A stretch of DNA of 64,000 bases from Candidatus Zhuqueibacterota bacterium (GTDB lineage Bacteria; Zhuqueibacterota; Zhuqueibacteria; Residuimicrobiales; Krinioviventaceae). The stretch spans positions 815,692-879,691 of the forward strand of contig JAXHMJ010000002.1 in the NCBI GenBank assembly GCA_034521575.1, in the 5' to 3' direction. A model generated the notes under the pieces. That model was given only the letters and a program-made list of their open reading frames with translations. It searched no databases and was not told the origin of the DNA. Below, piece by piece: positions 54,672-64,000 of this stretch. Position numbers and translations under genes: made by a program. Every line of letters starts with the position of its first letter. The first letter of the stretch is position 1.

Positions 54672-56438
54672 CTAGTCAGCAACCTGCTGAAACTGACTCT
54701 TTAATAGCTGTGCATAAGCCCCGTTATGTCTAACCAGTTCTTCATGTGTGCCGGACTCGAGAATATTCCCCTGTTCAAGAACAAGAATTGTATCTGCGTA
54801 TTGAATAGTAGATAATCGGTGCGCAATAACAATAGTTGTGCGGTCTTTCATTAATCGCTGCAGAGCTTGCTGAACAAGCGCTTCAGTCCGGGTATCCAGA
54901 TATGAACTTGCCTCATCCAGTATTAATATCCTGGGATCCCGCAACATAGCCCGCGCAAAAGCCAGCAATTGTTTCTGACCAATGGAAATATTGCCCCCTC
55001 GTTCACCAATTTCAGTATGATAAGCGCGCGGAAATTCCTGAACCATCTCATGAATCCCCAATTCTTTGCAGACCCCTTCGATTTGCTCCTGTGTTGCCTC
55101 TGGCATCGAAAAACGAATATTATCATACACCGACCCCGAAAACAAAAACGGGTCCTGCATAACCACCGCAGTCTGTATGCGATATTCATGTTGAGCATAT
55201 TCACGAACATCGCGATCATCCACACAGACTTTGCCGCCGGTCACATCATAAAATCGACTGAGCAGATTTACAATTGTGGATTTTCCCGAGCCGGTATGCC
55301 CTACAATCGCGAGTGTTTGACCCGGCTGAACGATAAAATGAATGCCTTTGAGCACAGGCTCATCCGACTTGTATTCAAACTTTACATGATTGAATTCAAT
55401 TTTACCTTTCAGCTGATTATTCTTTATTGCGTTGTCCTGATCCTGTACATCGGGGCGTTCATCCAGGATAGAAAAAATACGCTCACCGGATGCCATGGCC
55501 CGGCTTAACTGGTTCAACATATTGCTTATTTTCTGCATGGGATGAAACAACTGTGTTATCAAAGTTAAAAAAGCGGCAATGACACCGATCGTCACAGACT
55601 GTTGATACAACAGAATACCGCCTACAAGTATCACCAATCCCATGGAAAAAGTATTCAAAGTTGAGACACTTTGCCAAAAGTATGCGTGCAGCGGATAAAA
55701 GGAACGAGTGCGCTGAAAATATGCTTCATTAAAATCGGAGAATTGACGAATATTCAACTTTTCACGTGCAAAAGCCCGACTCACCATAATACCCGAAAGG
55801 GATTCGTTCAAATAAGCATTGACTGACGACAATTGTTTTTGAATATCTCTTGCAGCATTTACAATCCGTTTGCGCAACCCGAATACAACCAGAGATAATA
55901 AAGGAATGATAAATAATAAAATCAAACTCAAACGGGCATCCAGAAAAAGCATGGCGCCGATAATACCGCCTATCATCAAAAAATCAACCAAAATAGTATC
56001 CAAACCCGTCATCAACAGTTCTTCAAGAACCTGGACATCACTGGTCACCCGGGTCATCAAGCTTCCGGCCTTGTGGGTATCAAAGAACCGGAACGAAAGC
56101 TTTTGCATATGCTCAAATAAATCGCGCCTCAACCTGTAAAACACCTCATTTGCAGTTCGCATGAGCAAGACACCCTGGTAGCGAAAAGAAATAAACTGGA
56201 CGACCAACACAGCGGCAAGTACACCTGTTGTTATCAAAAGTCCATGCAAATCGTCATTCGCAATATTTTTGTCAATGCCCTTTTGTATCAAAATAGGGAT
56301 CGCCAGGGTTGCGGCCACATTCAGCAGGGCAAATACGTACATGACCGTGATAACACGTGTGAATGGCTTTAAATACTGCAAAAATCGCTTCAGGATATAC
56401 CGGTTCTGACCGCGGAGTATGTTTAATTTTTCTTGCAT
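54672..56438 (-). CDS. ABC exporter, fused permease/ATPase (MsbA-like half-transporter)
   Basis: Six-helix TMD followed by an NBD (GHTGSGKST, LSGGQKQRLAFARA, ILILDEAT). Confidence 0.9.
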   Translation of the reverse strand: MQEKLNILRGQNRYILKRFLQYLKPFTRVITVMYVFALLNVAATLAIPILIQKGIDKNIANDDLHGLLITTGVLAAVLVVQFISFRYQGVLLMRTANEVFYRLRRDLFEHMQKLSFRFFDTHKAGSLMTRVTSDVQVLEELLMTGLDTILVDFLMIGGIIGAMLFLDARLSLILLFIIPLLSLVVFGLRKRIVNAARDIQKQLSSVNAYLNESLSGIMVSRAFAREKLNIRQFSDFNEAYFQRTRSFYPLHAYFWQSVSTLNTFSMGLVILVGGILLYQQSVTIGVIAAFLTLITQLFHPMQKISNMLNQLSRAMASGERIFSILDERPDVQDQDNAIKNNQLKGKIEFNHVKFEYKSDEPVLKGIHFIVQPGQTLAIVGHTGSGKSTIVNLLSRFYDVTGGKVCVDDRDVREYAQHEYRIQTAVVMQDPFLFSGSVYDNIRFSMPEATQEQIEGVCKELGIHEMVQEFPRAYHTEIGERGGNISIGQKQLLAFARAMLRDPRILILDEASSYLDTRTEALVQQALQRLMKDRTTIVIAHRLSTIQYADTILVLEQGNILESGTHEELVRHNGAYAQLLKSQFQQVAD

Positions 56439-58208
56439 TTAACCTGCACTCATCGAGTCTTCATTTATGGATTCCGAACACACCATCTGGGTTTCATAAG
56501 CCGTTCGATACAAATCATTCTTTTCCAGTAATTTTTCATGCGAATCAAAGTCCTGTACCGTTCCCTGATCCAGGACAATAATCCGATCAGCCAGCCTTAG
56601 TGTTGTAATACGCTGGGCGATAATAACTGTTGTTCGCCCTTTCATGAGTGACTGAAGTTCGCGCTGGATCTGACGCTCTGTTAAAGAATCAAGACTTGAA
56701 GTGCAATCATCGAGAATCAATATCCGGGGGTCCTGCAGCAAAGCACGGGCAATAGCAATTCGCTGCCTCTGCCCCCCGGAAAGGCCTGCACCGTACTCGC
56801 CGACCATGGTTTCATAACCATCGGGCAGTTTTTTAATAAACTCGTGTATCTGGGCTGTTTTGGCAGCGCTTTCAATTTCATCAATCGAGGCAGAAGGCCG
56901 GCCAAAAGCAATATTATCACGGATGCTCATGGAAAACAAAAATGTTTCCTGCAGAACCGTTCCAATATTCGATCGCAGATATTCCAGGTCCCAGTTTTCA
57001 AGACAAATTCCATCCAGTCGAATTTGTCCGTCACAGGGCTTGTAAAATCGTGGGATTAACGATATGAGTGAACTCTTTCCTGATCCCGTCAGGCCGAAAA
57101 TAGCCACCCGTTCACCGGGCTGAATATCAAAAGACAAATTCTCAAGAATGGGCTGTTCAGGCTCATACTGAAAACAGACATCATCAAACTCAAGACGCCC
57201 CTGAATATGCTTTTTAACCTCTCCCCTATCGTTTTCCCTCTGATCCGTGATTGTCAGGATCTCATTAATACGTACAGCGGCGCCTCTGGCTAAATTGATC
57301 AATGAGGTGTTAAAAGCGAGAATCATCAGAGGGAAACGCATAATCATCAAATAGGTCACAAACCCCAAAAGAACTCCAAGACTCATATCTCCGGTGATCA
57401 CCTGATAGCCGCCATAAACGAGGATGAGGAGCGAGCCAATACCTGCGGTAAGCTGCAGGATAGGATTTAGATGGGCTTGCAAAGTGGTTACATAAATATC
57501 CGCTTCTTTCAATGCGCTATTCTCGGTATCAAATTTCTTCATTTCCGGATTTTCCATGGCAAATGCTTTGACAATACGGATTCCCGTTAAATTTTCCTGC
57601 AGCGCAGCGCTGAGCCGGCCGGCCTGACGATGTTTCCGCAAGACTGCGGTTTGAAGTTTTTTACTGAATCGGATAACAATCAAATAAACGGCAGGTATCA
57701 TCGCGTAAACCACCACAGCCAGACGCCAATTCTGCAATAACATCAGAACAAGCACGCTCAAAGATATCAAAATAATTCGCAGTCTGTGCTCAATTCCGAA
57801 CGCGAAAAAATTCCTGATACGCTGAATATCTGTAGAAACCCTTGACATCAAATCACCGGTGCGGGAACGCGCATAAAAGGCGGCATCCAAATGATGGAGT
57901 TTTTCATACAGTCGGTTGCGCAAATCACGTACCACACTTTCCCCCACGTACCAGTAGGATCGGATCATGATATGTGCGAAAATCCCTCTTAAAATGCTGG
58001 CCAACAGAACAAGGGCGCTGACAACATATAAATGATTCAGCATACCCGGTTCCCGTACGCAAGGAAACACATCATCAGTGACATATTTCACAGCCAGAGG
58101 CAGTAAATAGGCAATAATATCCATAAAAATCATGCACATAACCGCTAAAGAGAAAGCCCCTTTGTATTTTTCAAGTATGTCAGAAAATGTTTTTATTACA
58201 GATAGCAT
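56439..58208 (-). CDS. ABC exporter, fused permease/ATPase. Probable heterodimer partner of the adjacent gene.
   Basis: GLTGSGKSS, LSGGQRQRIAIARA and ILILDDCTS motifs. Start/stop is adjacent to the next ABC gene. Confidence 0.9.
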   Translation of the reverse strand: MLSVIKTFSDILEKYKGAFSLAVMCMIFMDIIAYLLPLAVKYVTDDVFPCVREPGMLNHLYVVSALVLLASILRGIFAHIMIRSYWYVGESVVRDLRNRLYEKLHHLDAAFYARSRTGDLMSRVSTDIQRIRNFFAFGIEHRLRIILISLSVLVLMLLQNWRLAVVVYAMIPAVYLIVIRFSKKLQTAVLRKHRQAGRLSAALQENLTGIRIVKAFAMENPEMKKFDTENSALKEADIYVTTLQAHLNPILQLTAGIGSLLILVYGGYQVITGDMSLGVLLGFVTYLMIMRFPLMILAFNTSLINLARGAAVRINEILTITDQRENDRGEVKKHIQGRLEFDDVCFQYEPEQPILENLSFDIQPGERVAIFGLTGSGKSSLISLIPRFYKPCDGQIRLDGICLENWDLEYLRSNIGTVLQETFLFSMSIRDNIAFGRPSASIDEIESAAKTAQIHEFIKKLPDGYETMVGEYGAGLSGGQRQRIAIARALLQDPRILILDDCTSSLDSLTERQIQRELQSLMKGRTTVIIAQRITTLRLADRIIVLDQGTVQDFDSHEKLLEKNDLYRTAYETQMVCSESINEDSMSAG

Positions 58209-58549
58209 ATTTCCCGGGTATTGTCAGATAAATAGTAATTTTAACCACTTTGAATAAAAGTGATTAATGTAATTGTTTTAATATAAAATGTCAACACCTG
58301 GTCGATCAAACCTATTTGATAATTAATATTTTAACCTGAATAATTCATGAATTTACAAAATCAGTAAACTGGTGTAGGTTGCTGACTGCAAACACATAGG
58401 AAACTGATAATTTTTTACTCTTTTAATCAAACGGGGCAAATCATGAGAACATATGACCATAGGTATCCCGAGCCCCAGAATAATATTTGAATAATGACAA
58501 AGAGCGCCGGACAACCCAGGAACTCGACTAAGCGAATCCGGTCAAAGTT

Positions 58550-58813
58550 TCATAAATTTCTCTGAATTCTCTTTGATATGGATACGAAGAACAATTCTTT
58601 TGTCGTGTGTTGTATATAAAACGGATTTCTATGATCCGGCAACAACTTGGCAATTTTATCGATAATATCGAGTTTTTCAATGAACTCTCGGATTAAAATT
58701 ATGCCGCTATCGGATGACAGTTCGCCGCCAAAGTCAACGTGTACTTTTTTACCAGAAATTTCTTTGAATAAACAGAGTTGATTCGTATTTTTGTCCATAG
58801 CTGTTGCTCTCAC
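58550..58813 (-). pseudogene. N-terminal fragment of a DDE transposase (IS4/IS1380-like). A truncated relic.
   Basis: 87 aa with QLCLF...VHVDFGGELSSDSGIILIREF...LLPDHRNPFYIQH, matching the conserved N-terminal region of IS1380/IS4-type transposases. No DDE core follows. Confidence 0.45.
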
Positions 58814-58945
58814 TTTTTTTTGACAACTAATTATAAAAAATAAAGTTAAAAGAGGCGACAGCTATTTTTGTGAATTATTCAGATTAAGATAGATTCTCGG
58901 GTATTTTGGTAGAATCCAGGCATATGAATTTAAAGGGAGCAGATC

Positions 58946-60310
58946 ATGATGCAAGCAATCAGGCATAAAATCAATTGGAGTAAAATCTGGTTTTTGTTCT
59001 CGTGGCTTTTTCTCCTGTTTGTCTTTTCCTTCAGTTGGGGATTTTTATCAGCCAAATTCAAAGTTTTTCCATACTATACAATTCGTAATACAATAATGAC
59101 GGCCAGCACCGTTCAGTGGCTATTTAAGAATAACGTCACAACCAGCCTTTCAGCCAACGAAATCAGTGCATCGCGAACCCGTGGCGGTGTCACTATCAAT
59201 AAATTAATTCAAAACAAAGATCAGTTTTTACTGACCACTCTTTATAAAAACGAGGAATTTGTCGCGATCATTATGGACCGAGAGGGGAATAACATTCATG
59301 AATGGAAAATACCTTATAAACAACAAAAACTGTTCATGGCAAAAGACACCAAAGTATCTCTGTCCAAGAAAAACCTGATGATCCACGGTGCATCGCTTGA
59401 TGACAAGGGTAACATTTATTTGGTTATTGAATTCAGAGGCCTGATCAAATTAAATTCAGCTTCCGAGAATATATGGACATTACACATGCCTGTTCATCAC
59501 GCCGTAACAGTGGATAAAGACAAATCTATATGGACGATCAGCCGAAATAAAATCAATGATACAAAAGATTGGATTCCTTTTGCAACTCAGCCCTATTGGA
59601 ATGACTTGATAGTCCATATTTCACCTGAAGGTGAAATAATAGAATCATTTTCGGTATTGGACATTATTTTTGACAATCAGTACGAAGGTATCCTTTACGG
59701 CGGACATCCCGCCAGACCAGCGATACATCATGAAGATCCTCTGCATGTAAATGATGTACGCATCATGACACAAGAGCAGGCTGGGTATTTCAAAAATGTA
59801 AATCCTGGTGATTTGATAATCTCTATGCGAACCATCAATACAGTGATGATTGTTGACAGACATTCACATTCTATTTTATGGACGATAACGGGACCGTTTC
59901 TGCGCCAACACAGTCCGAGAATCAGCGCCACTGGATCACTATTGGTATTTGACAACCGGACGGCGCGCGGACAAACCGGAGGAGCAGCCCGGTATCTTAC
60001 CGACCCCCAGGCATTGGATTATTCGAGACTGCTGTCTATTGATCTGAAAAGCCGGGTGGTAGAATGGCAATACCAGGGTACTGTAGAACATCCATTCTAT
60101 ACTTCTATACAAGGATGGTTAGAGGAACTTGACAATGGCGATATCCTTGCCGTAGAGTCCGAAGGCGGACGTATCTTCCAGATAGACCTAAAAACCGACA
60201 AAATTGTATGGGAGTATATCAACCTGATTAAGAAAGGTGTCGTCGGTCGGGTGACACAGGCAACTCCGGTCAGCGAACACCAGATAAGTGCGCTCGGTAA
60301 AAATAATTAA
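58946..60310 (+). CDS. Arylsulfotransferase (ASST)-family beta-propeller protein with an N-terminal membrane anchor
   Basis: 454 aa. Repeated WT/WE-containing blades and HHEDPLHVNDV motifs typical of ASST-like proteins. Confidence 0.6.
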   Translation: MMQAIRHKINWSKIWFLFSWLFLLFVFSFSWGFLSAKFKVFPYYTIRNTIMTASTVQWLFKNNVTTSLSANEISASRTRGGVTINKLIQNKDQFLLTTLYKNEEFVAIIMDREGNNIHEWKIPYKQQKLFMAKDTKVSLSKKNLMIHGASLDDKGNIYLVIEFRGLIKLNSASENIWTLHMPVHHAVTVDKDKSIWTISRNKINDTKDWIPFATQPYWNDLIVHISPEGEIIESFSVLDIIFDNQYEGILYGGHPARPAIHHEDPLHVNDVRIMTQEQAGYFKNVNPGDLIISMRTINTVMIVDRHSHSILWTITGPFLRQHSPRISATGSLLVFDNRTARGQTGGAARYLTDPQALDYSRLLSIDLKSRVVEWQYQGTVEHPFYTSIQGWLEELDNGDILAVESEGGRIFQIDLKTDKIVWEYINLIKKGVVGRVTQATPVSEHQISALGKNN

Positions 60311-61647
60311 TCCTGAATTGATTTGGATTGATCACACTTTTCCGACAATTGTTCAAAAAAAGCATGTGTGTACTCTGATGATAATCGTGTCGCTTCTTCC
60401 ACAATGCCGACATAGCCGTCATCAATGATATTTATGAATTCCCAGACAATGTCTCCGTTCCGGTCTATTTCAAAAACCCTGCCTTTCATCGATTCAGTCA
60501 CCAGTAAATTACCGTTCTTAAGCCATTGGTGTTTACCCATAATATGAGTAAAAAAGGGATCATCAGTTGTGCCTTGATAATAAACACGATCCTCTGCCGC
60601 TAACGGCGACAGCATTACAATCCTGCTCTGATTGGATTTTTTATCCAGGGCAATATTATTGTTATCAAATACCGAAATCGTATTTGCATCAACAAAGTCA
60701 GGATCATGCTGGCGCACCACGTTGCCAATTGATTTGTATTTGATTTTGCGGGTATCCGGATCGAACACGAATACAGCATTAATATTGCGTAATGAAATGG
60801 CAATATCCCCTTTTTTAAAAAATCCGGCTTTGTCAGCCCCCTCAAATACTTTTACATCATTCAGATGCAATACATCCCCTGTGACGCGTGTGCGGTCATT
60901 ATCAAGAGTTGACAAGACCAGCAATCCTGATAGATTATTCTCTTTAAGCAGTTCAAAGATTCGAATCTCTGACAGGATTTCACCTTGGGGCGATACCTTT
61001 AATACAGTGGGTTCAATTGTCGGCTCCTGTGCAGTCGGGTTAAAACAATGAAAACCAGGCACTTTTGTATAATAGTTGATTTGTCCGGACACCCAGAGAT
61101 TTCCGGTTTTATCCAAAAAAACGGAATGATGCGTTCGATAAGGGAGTTTCCAGACCACGCGCCCGCAGACATCCACACGCACCAGTCCCAGATGTTCAAA
61201 GTTGAAAATTAAATCACCATTTCCCATCAGGACACAACCGTGTACATGAGTGCCGGGTTTGAATTTTGGTAAATCCTCCTGCGGGATATGTGAAGCATTC
61301 GGCCATAGTTCAAACCAGCTCAATTTCCAACAATGAACAGTCTCTCCCTTCATGTTAATGACCTTGACAGTGGGTATTCTATCCTGCTCTATACAGGTCA
61401 TCAACGTCAAGCCGTCATCCGTCAAATCCGGTTTGTGCCTTGGCACGTTGTCGGTATAGTCTGTTTTTTTAAAATATAAATTCTTTTCAGGGGCGAATCT
61501 CTGGGCAATATTCAAAGCCGCCTGATAAGCTTGCATGAGTGATGGATAAGGAAATGTTTCCGAGATTCCACTGTATACACCGTAAAGCAGAGAAAAAATC
61601 ATTAACGATACTACAAAACCTGCCTTTGATATTTTGGCCCTATTCAT
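60307..61647 (-). CDS. Arylsulfotransferase (ASST)-family paralogue, convergent with the previous gene
   Basis: 446 aa with an N-terminal anchor. Motifs GDVLHLNDVKV and VVWEFINII parallel those of the neighbouring gene. Confidence 0.6.
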   Translation of the reverse strand: MNRAKISKAGFVVSLMIFSLLYGVYSGISETFPYPSLMQAYQAALNIAQRFAPEKNLYFKKTDYTDNVPRHKPDLTDDGLTLMTCIEQDRIPTVKVINMKGETVHCWKLSWFELWPNASHIPQEDLPKFKPGTHVHGCVLMGNGDLIFNFEHLGLVRVDVCGRVVWKLPYRTHHSVFLDKTGNLWVSGQINYYTKVPGFHCFNPTAQEPTIEPTVLKVSPQGEILSEIRIFELLKENNLSGLLVLSTLDNDRTRVTGDVLHLNDVKVFEGADKAGFFKKGDIAISLRNINAVFVFDPDTRKIKYKSIGNVVRQHDPDFVDANTISVFDNNNIALDKKSNQSRIVMLSPLAAEDRVYYQGTTDDPFFTHIMGKHQWLKNGNLLVTESMKGRVFEIDRNGDIVWEFINIIDDGYVGIVEEATRLSSEYTHAFFEQLSEKCDQSKSIQD

Positions 61648-61916
61648 TCCGTCTTTTCTTTCTGAATATTAAATACAAGTTTACAAAATTCCAGGGTCAA
61701 TAACAACTTTAATATTGTTTGGATGTGCATTTTTAAAAGGAACCGATTTTGCATAGTGAAACACATATTTTGTTCATGCACTAACCTATTATAATATTGT
61801 AAATTAAAGAAATGCTTTTTTAAATCGGCCCGGAATAACAGCACGTGGATAACTGTTGCATTTGTAGACTCTTATTAGAATATTATCTTATGGTTACTAA
61901 CAAAGGAAAGACGCCC

Positions 61917-64000
61917 ATGGATCATGAAAAAAAGAAAATACTGGATATTGAACGACGTGAGTGGCTGGAATCTTTGGAATATGTAATGCAGACGGGTGAT
62001 AATGACCGGGTTAGAACTCTACTCCGAGACCTGCAGGAACATGCTTATGCAGCTGGAATCAAGCTCCCGTTTACAGCCAACACGCCTTATATCAACACCA
62101 TCCCCCCGCATGAGGAACCGGCGTTTCCGGGTAGCCGTGAAATAGAACGCAATATAAAAAGTATTGTGCGCTGGAATGCCATGGCCATGGTTGTTCGCGC
62201 CAACCGTCATGAAAAAGGAGTGGGCGGACATATATCTACTTATGCCTCTGCAGCTACATTATACGAGGTAGGATTCAATCATTTTTTCCGCGCTCGCGAT
62301 GGATCGTTTAGCGGTGATCAGGTTTATTTCCAGGGACATGCCTCTCCCGGTATCTATGCGCGCGCCTATCTTGAAGGAGTGCTCTCTGTAGAGGAATTAA
62401 AAAACTTTCGACATGAATGTCATACCGATAAAGGTCTGCCCTCTTATCCCCACCCTGGTTAAAACCGGATTTTTGGCAATTTCCTACGGTTTCAATGGGG
62501 CTGGGTCCCATTATGTCCATTTATCAGGCGCGTTTCAATCGTTACCTTGAGGATCGCGGACTCAAAGAACCGGCCGATGAAAAAGTCTGGGCATTTTTAG
62601 GGGACGGCGAAACTGACGAACCGGAGACACTGGGCGCCATTTCACTGGCCAGTCGCGAAGAACTGGATAATCTCATTTTTGTCATCAACTGCAATCTCCA
62701 GCGGCTGGACGGGCCTGTACGCGGCAATGGTCAAATCATGCAGGAACTCGAAAAGGTATTCCGCGGCGCCGGTTGGAATGTTATCAAAGTGGCCTGGGGA
62801 CAGGATTTTGATAATTTGTTTGCGCGTGACCGTGAAGGCGTTCTGCAGCAGCATCTCAAAGATATCGTTGACGGCGAGTTACAGAGTTATTCAGTACGCG
62901 GCGGCGCCTATATGCGTGAACACTTTTTTGGTCGTGATCCGCGCTTGTTGAAACTGGTCGAACACTTGTCGGATGAACAACTTGAAAAAATGCGCCTGGG
63001 CGGTCATGATCCGCAAAAGGTGTATGCCGCTTATAAAAAAGCTGTTGAGCATAAAGGCTCCCCTACTGTTATTCTGGCGCGCACGGTAAAGGGCTACGGA
63101 CTGGGTGAAGCCGGTGAAGGTAAAAACATCACTCACCAGCAAAAGTTATTGAACGAGCAGGAACTGCGCCATTTCCGATCTCGTTTCGGGATCCCCATAT
63201 CGGATGAAGATATTGACGATATTCCATTTTATAAACCCGATGAGGACAGCATAGAAATGCAGTACCTCAGAGAACGCCGGGAAAAATTAAACGGCTCAAT
63301 GCCGAGACGTCGCACTTCCAGTGTTGTAGTCGAGCCGCCGAAAAAAAACCTTTTCCAGGAATTTCTGGATGGAACCAAAGACCGTGAGGTCTCAACCACC
63401 ATGGCCTTTGTGCGCATTCTGAACAAATTGCTGCAGCACAAAGAAATCGGCAAATCCATAGTCCCGATTGTGCCGGATGAAGCACGCACCTTTGGTATGG
63501 AAGCCCTGTTCCGTCAGGTTGGCATCTATTCTCACACCGGACAGCTCTATGAACCCGTGGACAAGGAAAATTTGTTATACTATAAAGAAGCTGTAAATGG
63601 TCAGATATTGGAAGAAGGCATAACAGAAGCCGGCTCCATGTCATCGTTTATCGCAGCGGGGACTGCTTATTCCACACACAGCATTAACACCATCCCGTTT
63701 TTTATTTATTATTCAATGTTTGGCCTGCAGCGGGTGGGCGATCTCGTCTGGGCTGCCGGTGACATGCGGGCGCGCGGATTCCTCATAGGCGGCACCTCAG
63801 GTCGAACCACGCTCGCCGGTGAAGGCCTTCAGCACCAGGACGGACACAGTCATCTTCTGGCCTATCCGCACCCGAATTTAAAAACCTACGATCCGGCCTT
63901 TGCGTATGAATTGGCGGTGATCATTCAGGACGGAATCAGACGCATGTATAAAGAACAGGAACAAATTTTTTACTATATAACAGTCATGAATGAAAATTAT
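61917..64000 (+). CDS. aceE: Pyruvate dehydrogenase E1 component (homodimeric type), partial. It runs off the 3' end of the window. A frameshift at ~62455-62465 occurs after YPHPG.
   Basis: Collinear with E. coli AceE: DIERREWLESLEYV, then after the shift KPDFWQFPTVSMGLGP, FLGDGETDEPE, FVINCNLQRLDGPV, GFLIGGTSGRTTL and YYITVMNENY. Confidence 0.9.

Overview
This is a ~64 kb chromosomal segment of a bacterium that looks like a member of the FCB superphylum, probably Chlorobi- or Ignavibacteria-related. Three secreted proteins end in T9SS C-terminal sorting domains. A Chlorobium-type anaerobic ergothioneine pair (eanA/eanB) and an N-acetyl-beta-lysine pair (ablA/ablB) are present. Most genes are on the minus strand. 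Housekeeping content includes a CIRCE-controlled groES-groEL operon, polA, mutM, a Mla/Mce lipid ABC transporter, an H+-pyrophosphatase and a partial aceE at the 3' edge. Accessory content includes an IS21-family element (istA/istB) with a three-copy 22-bp direct repeat upstream, next to a decayed sensor kinase. There is also a ~1550-aa GEVED/PKD/SdrD-B surface protein and a YD-repeat protein, both T9SS-sorted, and an S8 protease with T9SS C-terminal domain. A periplasmic/cytoplasmic sugar-oxidation cluster is present, with a XylR-type regulator, ThuA, a xylose-isomerase-like TIM-barrel protein, two Gfo/Idh/MocA oxidoreductases (one Tat-exported) and a HEAT-repeat protein. Other accessory items are an ergothioneine, peroxiredoxin and ABC exporter block, an ablA/symporter/ablB block, and two convergent arylsulfotransferase-like paralogues beside a transposase fragment. 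A partner-switching pair (RsbW-like kinase plus STAS protein) sits at the head of the Mla operon, which is unusual. At least 12 genes are split by single-base frameshifts, roughly one per 5 kb. That pattern looks more like uncorrected long-read indel error than real pseudogenes, so every 'frameshifted' call below carries that caveat. Intrinsic terminators and the CIRCE operator were read directly from the sequence. No CRISPR array, rRNA or tRNA was seen.
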